Positions 29,442-39,606 of a stretch of 64,000 bases of DNA are shown piece after piece (the stretch's first letter is position 1; each line of letters begins with the position of its first letter). The notes under the pieces are model-generated. The model saw nothing but the letters and a program-made list of their open reading frames with translations, did not search any database and was not told the origin of the DNA. Both the position numbers and the translations under genes were made by a program. Source of the stretch: Polyangiales bacterium (GTDB lineage Bacteria > Myxococcota_A > Polyangia > Polyangiales > Polyangiaceae); assembly GCA_038230375.1 (NCBI GenBank), contig JBBRNJ010000019.1:32001-96000 (forward strand), read 5' to 3'.

Positions 29442-31796
29442 ATGCTCGGGAAAACGCGTCGTTCGTGGCAGTGGTCCGTACTTGGTGTCGTGGTCCTTGG
29501 TGCTGGCCTTCTTGGCGCATGCGGGAGCGACAAGGGTTCGGACTTCCAGGACACCAGCAACGGGGATGGTGGCGGCGGTGGTGGTGGTGGCGGCGGTGAA
29601 GCAGGTCCAGGCCCGCTCGGCGGCGGTGGTGACTCCGGAACTGGCGTCAAGGTAGCGTTCGACGTCGCGCCGAGCGGCATCCAGACCATCACCGTGACAG
29701 CGGGTACCAACACGCCAACGGTGAAGTTCACGGCGACGGCAAATGGCAACTCCGCGGCTGCCAAGTGGCAGCTCGATCGCGGTGACATCGGCACCATCAA
29801 CGCAGGCCCTGCCAGCACCGGCACCTTCGTTCCGTCGGGCACCGTTGGCGGCACGGTGAACGTGACCGCGTCGTATGGCCAGGCGGTCGTGAAGCGTCAG
29901 ATCGTCGTGAAGCTCACGTCGAAGCAGAGCGGCGCCACGGCGGGCGAGTCGTCACAGGTCGCGACCACCGTGGCCGAACTCACGGCAGGTGGCGGCATCG
30001 GTGGCGTCGGTGGCGAGGGTCTTGGTGGCGCAGTCGCCGATGCGCCCACGCTTGCAGCGCTCGACGCGCCCACGAGCGACGGCACAGCGCAGGGGCTCAA
30101 GCTGCTCTACCCGTACGACAGCACGGTGTGGCCGCGCGGCATCCTCGCGCCGCTCCTGCAGTGGGACTGGACCACGGGCGACGCAGACGCCATCAAGCTG
30201 GAGCTCGCATCCACCAGCGGCAGCTACTCGTGGACGGGCACGTTCGCTCGTCCCGCGATCCTTGCGATGACCGGCGGCAGCTTCATCCGGCATCCCATCC
30301 CGCAAGACGTCTGGGCCGCGGCCACAGCGTCGGCGGGCGGCACGGACAAGCTCACGCTGAAGATCACTGTCGCGAAGGGCGGCGTGGGCTACGGCCCGTT
30401 CAAGCAGACGTGGACCATCGCCACCGGCCGCCTCTCCGGCATCATCTATTACAACTCGTACGGAACGAACCTCGCGAAGAACTTCGGCGGCGCCGTTGGC
30501 GGCGATCACAAGTTCGGCGGTGCCGTGCTCTCGATCCACGTCGGTGACACCGCGCCCAAGCTCGTGGCAGGAGACAACACCAACTGCCGCGTCTGTCATT
30601 CGGTTGCATCCGGTGGAGCACGCCTCGTCGTGCAACGCGGCGACAACTACAGCACCACCTCCGACTACGACCTGGATTCGATGGGGGGTAGCACGGAGAA
30701 GCCGCTCACCACGAACGCGAACTTCGGCGGCATCTACCCGGACGGCTCCAAGTTCCTCTCGGAGACGGGCGGTCTGCGCGGGCTCCCCGACGACACGGTG
30801 GTGCTCCCCACCTCTGGCGTCCCCGCTGTCTCCACGAGCCTCGGCCCGCCCACATTCTCTCCGGACGGCAAGCTCGTCGCGTTCAACATGATCGCGGGAC
30901 CCACTGCGAACCCCGGGCAGAAGCTCGGCGTCATGAACTTCAACCCGGCCACGGGTGACTTCACGAACTTCCTCGCCGTGGTCGACGACACGGGCATGCC
31001 CGCCGAGACGCGTCCTGGTTGGCCGGCGTTCCTGCCGGACGGCAAGTCGCTCGTGTTCCACCACCAGAGCAGCGCGGGCAACGACGGCAACGGCAGCGCG
31101 GACCTCCACACGCGCTCCAAGGCGAAGGCGCAGATCCACTGGGCGTCGTCCACCGCCGCCGGCGTGACGAAGCTGGATGCACTGAACGGCATCGGCTCGG
31201 GCGGTACGTCGTACCTGCCCAAGCTCGCAGTGCCCTCGGCGGTCACGTGCACCGCTGACGGGCCCGACGTCTCCATCGACAAGGACCACGGCGACGACAC
31301 CAACGTGAACTACGAGCCCACCGTGAACCCCGTTGGCTCTGGCGGCTACGCGTGGGTCGTCTTCACCAGTCGTCGCATGTACGGCAACGTCGCGACGATC
31401 CCGCCGTACTGCAGCGACCCACGCGGCGTGGACCTCGTCACGAACATCACGCCAAAGAAGCTCTGGGTCGCCGCGATCGACCTGAGCGCGACGCCCGGCG
31501 GCCCCGACGCGAGCCACCCTGGTTTCTACCTCCCCGCACAGGAGCTGCTCGCCGGCAACGCCCGCGCGTTCTGGGTGCTCGACCCGTGCCGCACTGACGG
31601 CTCGTCCTGCGAGAGCGGCGATCAGTGCTGCAACGGCTACTGCGAAGCAAACGGCGACGCCGGCGCGCTCATCTGCTCCAATACGATTCCGTCGTGTGCG
31701 AGCATCGGTGACAAGTGCAAGGTCGCGGCCGACTGCTGCGACTCCAGCGCGAAGTGCATCGGCGGCTTCTGCTCGCAGTCCGGCCCGCCGCACTGA
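29442..31796 (+). CDS. Large lipoprotein: Ig-like region, TolB/WD40-like propeller, Cys-rich C-terminus
   Basis: Lipobox LLGAC, poly-Gly linker, PTFSPDGK / PAFLPDGK / WVVFTSRR propeller repeats, CESGDQCCNGYC and CKVAADCC. Confidence 0.85.
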   Translation: MLGKTRRSWQWSVLGVVVLGAGLLGACGSDKGSDFQDTSNGDGGGGGGGGGGEAGPGPLGGGGDSGTGVKVAFDVAPSGIQTITVTAGTNTPTVKFTATANGNSAAAKWQLDRGDIGTINAGPASTGTFVPSGTVGGTVNVTASYGQAVVKRQIVVKLTSKQSGATAGESSQVATTVAELTAGGGIGGVGGEGLGGAVADAPTLAALDAPTSDGTAQGLKLLYPYDSTVWPRGILAPLLQWDWTTGDADAIKLELASTSGSYSWTGTFARPAILAMTGGSFIRHPIPQDVWAAATASAGGTDKLTLKITVAKGGVGYGPFKQTWTIATGRLSGIIYYNSYGTNLAKNFGGAVGGDHKFGGAVLSIHVGDTAPKLVAGDNTNCRVCHSVASGGARLVVQRGDNYSTTSDYDLDSMGGSTEKPLTTNANFGGIYPDGSKFLSETGGLRGLPDDTVVLPTSGVPAVSTSLGPPTFSPDGKLVAFNMIAGPTANPGQKLGVMNFNPATGDFTNFLAVVDDTGMPAETRPGWPAFLPDGKSLVFHHQSSAGNDGNGSADLHTRSKAKAQIHWASSTAAGVTKLDALNGIGSGGTSYLPKLAVPSAVTCTADGPDVSIDKDHGDDTNVNYEPTVNPVGSGGYAWVVFTSRRMYGNVATIPPYCSDPRGVDLVTNITPKKLWVAAIDLSATPGGPDASHPGFYLPAQELLAGNARAFWVLDPCRTDGSSCESGDQCCNGYCEANGDAGALICSNTIPSCASIGDKCKVAADCCDSSAKCIGGFCSQSGPPH

Positions 31797-31835
31797 CCCA
31801 CGCCACCGCCTTCGGATCCTGATAGCTTCGGCCCC

Positions 31836-32318
31836 ATGCAGCAAGGAATGCCTGGTGGTCCGGAGCCGAAGAAGGGGATGAGCACGCTGACGATCGTCCT
31901 GATCGTCATCGGTGTTCTCCTCGTGCTCGTGGGTGGAACCTGCGCAGTCGGGGTCGTCCTCATCGGGCGCGAGGCCAAGAAGATCAGCGACGACCTGGGC
32001 GAGGGCGGGCTCATGCTCGTCGCGCCGCCCGAGGTGAAGGCGGATCTTGCGGGCTCGAAGAAGGACTACATCGGTCACTGGAAGAGCAAGAAGGGGAGCT
32101 CGATCACCATCGACGCCGAGGGCGACATGAAGATCGACAAGGACGAGGACGGCGACGGCATGAAGGAGTCATTGCAGGGGCCCATCGTTCGCTTCTCCGG
32201 CAACGACATCGTGCAGAAGCCGCTCATCACCATCACCACCCATGTGAAGGAGGCGCCGCACAAGAACGGCGACCACTGGGAGATGATCGCGGACGACATC
32301 CACTTCTCGCGGCCCTGA
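31836..32318 (+). CDS. Hypothetical membrane-anchored protein
   Basis: PKKGMS + TM + GTC; YIGHW beta-domain start. Confidence 0.75.
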   Translation: MQQGMPGGPEPKKGMSTLTIVLIVIGVLLVLVGGTCAVGVVLIGREAKKISDDLGEGGLMLVAPPEVKADLAGSKKDYIGHWKSKKGSSITIDAEGDMKIDKDEDGDGMKESLQGPIVRFSGNDIVQKPLITITTHVKEAPHKNGDHWEMIADDIHFSRP

Positions 32319-32346
32319 GCCTGCGCGTTGACGTTCGTTTGCGCCG

Positions 32347-34224
32347 CTACTCGTTACCGGGCATGCGCGCGGTGATGTCGAGAAGGACCTCGCCGTCCTG
32401 GTTGTTTGCGGACTTTCCGAGGTTCATCTTGAGAAGCCCGGGTCCCACGCACGCATCGAGCGGCGCCATTCGGTCGCTGCCGTCCGGACCGCCCAGGAAT
32501 CGCAGCACCTTGCCGTCCTTGGCCACGAAGACCCGGAAGAGGAAGAACTCGTGGTTCGGCGGCGTGTACTGGAGCGCCACGTAACAGGGCCGGAGGAGAC
32601 CGATCTGCGCGTTGATGTTCGAGAACGCGTCGGGAAAGTTCCCGTACGTTCCGCCGCTGCAGTGCGGGTTCACGCCAGACATATAGGGGCCATGCGCGGG
32701 GCCGGCGGGAGACGACGATGCTGCGGTCGGGAGGCCAGGTGGTCCGCCAGGGATCGCCGGCGCTGAGAGGCCTGCGTCGTGGCCGGCCGTGGGCTTTCCG
32801 TTGTGCGGCATGAGAGCACCGGGCCCCTGCGGTCCGCCGCCGGTGCTCGCGGTGGTTGCGGAGGTCGAGAGCCTCGGGTCTGCTGTCGTGAGCACCACGG
32901 ATGCGGACGGCGAGAGGTCCGCGGTGGGTGCGGCCGCGCCTGCCCTGCCCAGAAGGAAGTACGCGGCCGCGCCACCACCGACCAGAATCACGAGGAGCAG
33001 CGTCGCAAGGATGCCGATGATCGCGCCAGCGCCAGCGCCCGTCTTCTGCTGCGGGACCACCACGGGTTGCTGTGTCTGAGCAGCGGACAACATCATCGGC
33101 GGGTTGCCGGACATCATCGGCGGGTTGCCGGACATCATCGGCGGGTTGCCGGACATCATCGGCGGACTGGCCGAGTTCATGGGCGTCATCGGCGGTGGTG
33201 TTGCGGAGACCAGTGGAGGTCCCAGCGGCATGGCGGGCGGTGGGGCGGAGATCGTCGCGTGTGCGTGCGGACCGTTGTTCCACGTGCTGGGCGCGGGAGG
33301 CGCGGAGTAGGCGGCAGCGGATTGCCCTGGCGGCGCGGATCCCATTGACGCGGCCATGGGCGCATTCGTCGCGATGGCCTCGAGCGCCACGCGCATCTCT
33401 GCCGCGCTCTGGAAGCGCGCGCGTGGATCCTTCTGCATCGCTCGCTCGACGACGGCCGCGATGCGTGGATCGGTCCCGGGTGCAAGCTGCGAGATGGGCA
33501 CCGGCGCTTGCTCCGCGATCGCAAAGAGCAGCGCGTTCAGGCTCGACGCGTCGAACGGGAGCTTGCCGGACAGCGCCACGTAGATCGTGGAGCCGAGCGA
33601 GAAGATATCCGCACGATGATCGAGCGGACCCCCACGCGCCTGTTCCGGCGCCATGTACGCAGGCGAGCCGAGCATCGTGTTGTCGCCCGTGAGCTGTGCG
33701 TCCGTGGGCCGCGTGAGCTTTGCAATGCCGAAGTCCAGGACCTTGGCAGTCTCGCCCAGGCCAGGCACATCCACGAGGAAGATGTTGTCGGGCTTGATGT
33801 CGCGATGCACGATCCCCGCGGCGTGCGCCGCCTCCAGCGCGCTGGCGACTTGTCGCGCGATGCGAGCGATGCGCGCGCTGTCGATCTTGCCGGCCGCGCG
33901 GATGGCCTCCGCGAGCGGGCGCCCCTCCAGCTGCTCCATGACCAGGAACGGGGGCTCGTTCTGCGGCCACAGGAAATCGATCACCTGCACGATGTTCGGA
34001 TGACCAAGCGCCGCCGCCGACTGGGCCTCACGCTGGAAGCGCGCGACTGCATCGCGGTCCGCCGCAAGGTTGCCATGCAGGACCTTGATCGCGACCTTGC
34101 GCCCCAGCCCGTCCTGCACGGCCGAGTACACGCTGCCCATGGCCCCCGCTCCGAGGGGGCGCTCGATGCGATAGCGGCCGCCGAGCAACGCGCCCATGGT
34201 GAGGCTGGGTCGCGCGTCAGTCAC
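32347..34224 (-). CDS. Transmembrane Ser/Thr protein kinase with small extracytoplasmic domain
   Basis: GAGAMG, VAIK, HRDIKPDN, DFG, YMAPE; Pro/Met linker; TM; C-terminal LRPCY...LDACV domain. Confidence 0.95.
   Translation of the reverse strand: MTDARPSLTMGALLGGRYRIERPLGAGAMGSVYSAVQDGLGRKVAIKVLHGNLAADRDAVARFQREAQSAAALGHPNIVQVIDFLWPQNEPPFLVMEQLEGRPLAEAIRAAGKIDSARIARIARQVASALEAAHAAGIVHRDIKPDNIFLVDVPGLGETAKVLDFGIAKLTRPTDAQLTGDNTMLGSPAYMAPEQARGGPLDHRADIFSLGSTIYVALSGKLPFDASSLNALLFAIAEQAPVPISQLAPGTDPRIAAVVERAMQKDPRARFQSAAEMRVALEAIATNAPMAASMGSAPPGQSAAAYSAPPAPSTWNNGPHAHATISAPPPAMPLGPPLVSATPPPMTPMNSASPPMMSGNPPMMSGNPPMMSGNPPMMLSAAQTQQPVVVPQQKTGAGAGAIIGILATLLLVILVGGGAAAYFLLGRAGAAAPTADLSPSASVVLTTADPRLSTSATTASTGGGPQGPGALMPHNGKPTAGHDAGLSAPAIPGGPPGLPTAASSSPAGPAHGPYMSGVNPHCSGGTYGNFPDAFSNINAQIGLLRPCYVALQYTPPNHEFFLFRVFVAKDGKVLRFLGGPDGSDRMAPLDACVGPGLLKMNLGKSANNQDGEVLLDITARMPGNE
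33090..33165. repeat. 21-bp tandem repeat (ACATCATCGGCGGGTTGCCGG, about 3.6 copies) encoding PPMMSGN
   Basis: Exact repeats visible in the kinase linker. Confidence 0.95.
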
Positions 34225-34308
34225 GGATGTGCCTGGGGTTTTGCACTACAGGCGAGTATACGTCTTTTGGCGCGAACCCGCGCATGCGGCTAACAAGTAC
34301 CCGGTCGG

Positions 34309-36789
34309 ATGAAGAAGCCAAGCGAAGGCGTTGATCCTCCCGTGGAAGTGGCGAAAGACGTCGCCGTCACGGGCAACGCAGAAAAGAAGGCGGCAAAAAC
34401 GCCCGCGAAGCCGAAGCCGAAGCGGACCTTCGGGAAGACGGTCGTGCGCTGGCTCACGCGCCTTTCCATCGTCGCGCTGGTGCTGGCGGTGGCCGGCGTT
34501 ATCGCGTTCCTCCTGGTCGTGCGTCACTACGAGGCCGATCTCCCCAGCGTGACGGACCTGCGAACCTATCATCCGCCCCAGGTCACGCGTGTGCTCGCGA
34601 AGGACGGCACGCTGCTCGCGGAGCTGTTCCACGAACGCCGCACCGTGGTGTCCGTGAAGGAGCTGCCGCCGCACGTGAAGCTGGCCGTGCTCGCCGCCGA
34701 GGACGCAGGCTTCTACGAGCACGAGGGCATCAACTATCTCGGCATCGCGCGCGCGATGGTCGTCAATCTGCGCGCCGGCCGCACACGCCAGGGCGGCTCC
34801 ACGATCACGCAGCAGGTCGTGAAGAACCTCCTGCTCGACTCCGAGCGAACGTACGCTCGCAAGATCCGTGAAGCGCTCCTCGCGCGGCGCCTGGAGGAAG
34901 AGCTCGGCAAGGATCAGATCCTGGAGCTCTACCTGAACCACATCTACCTGGGCCACGGGCGCTACGGCATCGAGGAGGCATCGCGCGATCTCTTCGGCAA
35001 GAGCGCGAAGGACATGACCATCGCCGAGGCCGCCATGCTCGGCGGGCTTCCCGCTGGGCCCGAGCTCTTCAACCCGCGTCACGATCCGCAGAAGGCGCTC
35101 ACGCGTCGCTCGTTCGTCCTGGGACAGATGCTGAAGAAGGGCTTCCTGACGGAGGCGCAGTACATTGCCGCGAAGGACGAGCCGATACGCCTCGCGCCCA
35201 TGGTGGAGGCCAAGCCGGAGCTCGCACCGGAGGCCGTGCGCATTGCGCAGAAGATGTTGCAGGAGCTGGAGCCAGAACGTGCCGCGCGCGGCGGCTTCAC
35301 GATCACGACGACCATCGATCCGGAGCTGCAAGCGCAGGCGCGCAAGTCGGTGACGGACGCGCTGATGGCCTACGACAAGCGCCACAACCTGGTGGGGCCG
35401 TTGAAGCTGCCACCGCCCGAGAAGGCGAAGGACCCGAAGAAGAAGCCGGTGTCGCCAAAGGACGCCGTGTTCGACGGCACGCCCGCGTTCGAGTCCCACA
35501 AGGTCTACGTAGGCATCGTGACGGGCGCGGATGACGCCAGCGGGATGCTCTTCGTGAACGTGGGCGCCACTCCCGGCGTGGTGAAACTTGCAGACTACAC
35601 GCGTTACAATCCCCTGCACCTTGCGCCCGGTGTCTTCGCGCCGCCGGGTGTGCGCGTTCGCGTGAGCCTGCTCTCGGCGCCGCCTGCTGCGGGTGGTCCG
35701 GTGCCTCTGCGACTGGAGCTTGGCCCCGAGTCTGCGATGGTCGCGCTCGACGTTCGTACGCGCAACGTCCTTGCGCTGGTCGGCAACTACGAGGCCGTCG
35801 CCAACGGCCTGGACCGCGCGACGCAGTCGAAGCGCCAGCCCGGCTCCACGTTCAAGCCGATCGTCTATTCATATGCGCTGCATACGCACGAGTTCACGCC
35901 TGCCACGATGGTGGACGTCACGCCGCAGGTCTTCGGCAACGGATATCGCCCCGCCAACTACGAGGGCTGGAAGGGGAAGGACCCGCTGCGCCTGCGCGAG
36001 GCGCTCGCGAACTCCGTCAACATCGCCGCGGTGAAGGTGATCGACTCGGTGGGGCCGAGCGGCGTCGTCGGCTGGGCGCATGCGCTCGGAATCTCTTCCA
36101 CGCTCAAGCCGGATCTCAGCCTGGCGCTCGGCTCGTACGAGGTGTTGCCCATCGAGCTCGTCGATGCGTACGCGACGTTCGCGGCTGGCGGCACGTATGC
36201 GCCCACGGTGATCGTGACGCGCATCACGGGCCCCGACGGCAAGGACGTGGAGCTCAAGGCGCAGGTCCCGGAGCGTCGCGTACTGGAGGAGACGGAGGCG
36301 TATCTCATCACCAACATGATGACGAGCGTGGTGGACCACGGCACTGCGGTCCGCGCGAAGGAGCTGAAGCGCCCCGTCGCCGGCAAGACGGGCACGAGCA
36401 ACGACGCCAAGGACACGTGGTTCTGCGGCTTCTCCACCGACATCGCTGCGGTGGTGTGGGTGGGCTACGACGATGCGAAGCCGCTCGGCTCTGCGGAGAC
36501 CGGCGGCATGACGGCGCTGCCTGCGTGGGTGTCGTTCATGAAGGCGGCGCATCAAGGAAAGGCGGCCAACGAGTTTCCGCGGCCCGCGGGCATCGTGGAG
36601 AAGAGCATCGATACGCACACTGGCAAGCTCGCCTATCCTGACGATCCCGACGTCATGAACGAGGTCTTTCTACCGGGCACGGAGCCCACCGACACGAGCC
36701 CCGTCCTCACGCCAGACGGTGGCGGCGCCGATCCAGCCATCGCGGGAGACGGCGGCGCGCCCGCGCCTCTTGAGGATGACCCTCAATGA
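34309..36789 (+). CDS. Class A penicillin-binding protein (PBP1A family)
   Basis: Transglycosylase AAEDAGFYEHEG, GGSTITQQVVKN, RKIREA, ELYLN; transpeptidase GSTFKP, SVN, KTGT. Confidence 0.96.
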   Translation: MKKPSEGVDPPVEVAKDVAVTGNAEKKAAKTPAKPKPKRTFGKTVVRWLTRLSIVALVLAVAGVIAFLLVVRHYEADLPSVTDLRTYHPPQVTRVLAKDGTLLAELFHERRTVVSVKELPPHVKLAVLAAEDAGFYEHEGINYLGIARAMVVNLRAGRTRQGGSTITQQVVKNLLLDSERTYARKIREALLARRLEEELGKDQILELYLNHIYLGHGRYGIEEASRDLFGKSAKDMTIAEAAMLGGLPAGPELFNPRHDPQKALTRRSFVLGQMLKKGFLTEAQYIAAKDEPIRLAPMVEAKPELAPEAVRIAQKMLQELEPERAARGGFTITTTIDPELQAQARKSVTDALMAYDKRHNLVGPLKLPPPEKAKDPKKKPVSPKDAVFDGTPAFESHKVYVGIVTGADDASGMLFVNVGATPGVVKLADYTRYNPLHLAPGVFAPPGVRVRVSLLSAPPAAGGPVPLRLELGPESAMVALDVRTRNVLALVGNYEAVANGLDRATQSKRQPGSTFKPIVYSYALHTHEFTPATMVDVTPQVFGNGYRPANYEGWKGKDPLRLREALANSVNIAAVKVIDSVGPSGVVGWAHALGISSTLKPDLSLALGSYEVLPIELVDAYATFAAGGTYAPTVIVTRITGPDGKDVELKAQVPERRVLEETEAYLITNMMTSVVDHGTAVRAKELKRPVAGKTGTSNDAKDTWFCGFSTDIAAVVWVGYDDAKPLGSAETGGMTALPAWVSFMKAAHQGKAANEFPRPAGIVEKSIDTHTGKLAYPDDPDVMNEVFLPGTEPTDTSPVLTPDGGGADPAIAGDGGAPAPLEDDPQ

Positions 36790-38246
36790 CGCGCTCGACG
36801 GGGACGGCCACCGCGCGCGCGCGTCGTGCACTGCGACTGCTGTCGCCATTCGTTCCGCTCTCGTTGTTCGTGCTCGGTGCGAATGCTGCACCCACACGCG
36901 GGACGGCGCCCGCGCCCGCCGGCGCACCGAGCAGTAGCAGCGCGCGTGCTCCCTCGCCTTCGGCAGGCACGTCCTCGCAGCCGAAGAACGGCCCCGAAGC
37001 GCCGCGCGCCAAGGAGAGCTCGATCGAGCGTGTCGCGACCGAGATCGCCCAGAGCTTCCCCTCCGCGCCGCAGGCGCTGCTGGTCGCAGGTCCCGCGCTC
37101 CGCAGTGACGAGCCGCTGAGCCGGGCCGACGAGCTCCTCTTCCGCGCGCTGTCCGTCGTCTCCGGCAAGCTCCCCGCGGCGCGCGCGCATCGTGAGCCCG
37201 TCACGCTCGCGCAGGCGCGTGCGCTTGCCGGTCGTAGCGGCGGACTCTTGTTCGTCGACGTGTCGATCGACAAGGGGAAGCTGCGCGTCGTGACGGACCT
37301 GTATCCGCCGGTCGACAACGCGTGGGAACGCTGGAAAAACCCGCTCCCGGAGCCCACGGGCCACCGCTTCGTGGAGGTCCCGATCGACGCGGAGATCCGC
37401 TCTTTCCTGCCGCCGATCATGCTGGAGCGCGCAACGGTTCATCGCTCGCGCATCGAGGACGACATCAACGCCATCGGCTGCGGCGACTTCGACGGCGACG
37501 GCGGGCTCGACCTGGTGCTGCTGTCCGAGAAGCGGGCGATCGTCGGGCACGCGCAGGGCAAGAAGCTGATCGTCGATCGCAGCGTGCCATTCTCGCGCAG
37601 TCTCTCACGTGCTGCCGTGCCCTTCAGGGAGCCGCTCGCATCCGTGGTGATCGAGCAGCGCGGGGCCGCGCGGCTCTGGGTCGGGACCACGGACTACGGC
37701 GGCGTGCTGCTCGACGACGCGCTGGAGAAGGCCCACGCCACCACGCGCATCCCGATCGCTACCTCGCGCGGCGTGATGTGCGCCACCCCCAATGCCGAGG
37801 CCGCCGCGTTCGACGGCCCGCTCGTACCATGTCGTGACGGTGGTGAGCAGTCGGAGCTCGCCGCACCGCTTGCCCGCTTCGACGCGTACGCGTTCGCGGC
37901 GCTCGTGGGTAAGTCGGGCGCGAGCAACGGGCTCGTGGTCGCCGCGCGCGAGCCCGGCGGCAAGCTGCGCCTCACCAAGGGCGATGTGGCCGTCACGGTG
38001 GAGGGCGTGGGCGCAGAGCTCGCGCTCGGAGATCTGGATCAGGACGGCATCGCGGAGCTCATCACGTCTTCCGAGGGCAACGACGACGCGCTGCACGTGC
38101 AGTCATGGGACGGAGGCGCATTCCGCACGCGTCTACGCATTCCCGCAGCGGCCGGCGTTCGCGCGGTCACGGTGTGCCCACCAGAGGCGCACGGCGCGCC
38201 GTTCATCGCCGCGGTCGTCGGGAGCGAGGTGTGGCTTGTCCGATGA
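36786..38246 (+). CDS. Exported FG-GAP/VCBS repeat protein
   Basis: Signal peptide; GDFDGDGGLDLV and GDLDQDGIAELI; ATGA overlap with PBP1A. Confidence 0.8.
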   Translation: MTRSTGTATARARRALRLLSPFVPLSLFVLGANAAPTRGTAPAPAGAPSSSSARAPSPSAGTSSQPKNGPEAPRAKESSIERVATEIAQSFPSAPQALLVAGPALRSDEPLSRADELLFRALSVVSGKLPAARAHREPVTLAQARALAGRSGGLLFVDVSIDKGKLRVVTDLYPPVDNAWERWKNPLPEPTGHRFVEVPIDAEIRSFLPPIMLERATVHRSRIEDDINAIGCGDFDGDGGLDLVLLSEKRAIVGHAQGKKLIVDRSVPFSRSLSRAAVPFREPLASVVIEQRGAARLWVGTTDYGGVLLDDALEKAHATTRIPIATSRGVMCATPNAEAAAFDGPLVPCRDGGEQSELAAPLARFDAYAFAALVGKSGASNGLVVAAREPGGKLRLTKGDVAVTVEGVGAELALGDLDQDGIAELITSSEGNDDALHVQSWDGGAFRTRLRIPAAAGVRAVTVCPPEAHGAPFIAAVVGSEVWLVR

Positions 38247-39606
38247 CGGTCACATCCGTGGCTCACGCCTGACGCGACGCGCGCTGCTCGTTGGTGCGGG
38301 CGTGCTGCTCGCCGTTCGCGGCGCAGAGGCACGGAGCAGGGAGGTGCCAGGCGGAACGCTCACGTTTCGCATGCCGTGGCCCATGGCCTCGATCGACCCG
38401 CACCGCGCCGACGACGTGACCTGCGCGATCCTCGGAGACGCGCTGTTCGAGACGCTCTACGCGCAAGATGGCGCCGTTCCAGTCCTTGCGGAGGCCGAGC
38501 CCGACATCACGGAGAAGGAGGTTCGCATCACGGTCCGCGCGCATCTCAAGACCGCGCGTGGAAGAGCCTTCGGTGCAAGGGACGCAGCGGCCTCCATCGC
38601 GCGTGCTCGTTCGATCGCCGCGCGCCCGTGGCTCTTCGAGGTCCCCGCGCCGCGCCTTGATGGAGCAACGCTGGTGTTCGCGTCGAAAGACCCCGCGAAG
38701 GACGCGCCGAAGATCGCGCGCGCGCTGTCGTCACCGCTCGCGGCCATGGTCCCGCTCGGATTCCGCCCGGAGGCGCCGGATGGAACGGGGCCCTTCCGTG
38801 CGGACCTTCGCGCGGACGGAGTGTCTCTCATCCGGAACGCGCACGCGGCCTCCGGGCCATCGCTGCTGGACAGCTTCACGGTGAAGCGCGCGCCGGATCT
38901 AGGAAGTTCATTGCGCGCGTTCGAGGGCGGCGAGGATGATCTTGGCTGGCTCGGCGCCGGCCTTCATGAGCCACGGCCTGGCTCACTCAGGTTCGACGTG
39001 GGCGCGGTCGCGTTCGCCGTGCTGCGTACAGGGCGCGACGCGGGTACGTGGGACGCGCCCGGCACCGCGCAGTCCCTCGCAGACGGGATCGATCCGAGCC
39101 GCCTTGGCCACCTCAGCGTGGGCCCTGCGTGGGCGTCCGACGGGAGCGCGAAGTGGGGCGGCCCGGCAACGCAGCTCCTCGTGCGTGAGGACAGCCCATG
39201 GCTCGTGGAGCTGGCGCGTGCCGTGGCAGCGGCGCTCACCACCGCATCCGCAGAGGTGGGGGTTCGACCGGTCTCGCTTCAAGAGATCAGCGACAAGCGG
39301 ACGTCGCGCGCGTTCTCTCTCATGATCGACGCGTTCCGTCCGTACGGTCGTGGCTCGATCGCGGAGGCGGCGGCGCTTGCTGCGACGGATGATGCCCAGC
39401 GCGCGCAGGAGCTCTTGCGCCGTCCGCATGCACGCGCTCAGGCCGAGCCGCCGCTCCGGACGCTTGCCCGCACGCTGCGCGCAGGCATCCTGGGTGAGAT
39501 CCGCGTCGCGGGTGGGCGTATCCCCGAGGTGCATCTGGACGTGTCGCCGCGCGCGCCGGGCGTGGACTGGGGCAACGTGCGTCGCCGAGCGCGGGTGCCC
39601 ACGTGA
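38236..39606 (+). CDS. Family-5 (Opp/Dpp-like) solute-binding-protein-like, Tat signal; TTG start inferred
   Basis: LTRRALLVGAG; GGTLTF, SIDP, LFETLY, GTGPFR, AFEGGEDD (cf. GEID). Confidence 0.75.
   Translation: MSDDGHIRGSRLTRRALLVGAGVLLAVRGAEARSREVPGGTLTFRMPWPMASIDPHRADDVTCAILGDALFETLYAQDGAVPVLAEAEPDITEKEVRITVRAHLKTARGRAFGARDAAASIARARSIAARPWLFEVPAPRLDGATLVFASKDPAKDAPKIARALSSPLAAMVPLGFRPEAPDGTGPFRADLRADGVSLIRNAHAASGPSLLDSFTVKRAPDLGSSLRAFEGGEDDLGWLGAGLHEPRPGSLRFDVGAVAFAVLRTGRDAGTWDAPGTAQSLADGIDPSRLGHLSVGPAWASDGSAKWGGPATQLLVREDSPWLVELARAVAAALTTASAEVGVRPVSLQEISDKRTSRAFSLMIDAFRPYGRGSIAEAAALAATDDAQRAQELLRRPHARAQAEPPLRTLARTLRAGILGEIRVAGGRIPEVHLDVSPRAPGVDWGNVRRRARVPT

Noticed and set aside
30586..30600. 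CRVCH as a heme c site in the propeller lipoprotein
   Set aside because: A single CxxCH inside a beta-propeller region with no cytochrome context; cannot be supported without a heme stain or conservation data.
29952..33970. Long ORFs 29952-32078 and 32354-33970
   Set aside because: Shadow or alternate frames of the lipoprotein and kinase genes; Arg/Ala-rich with no motifs.
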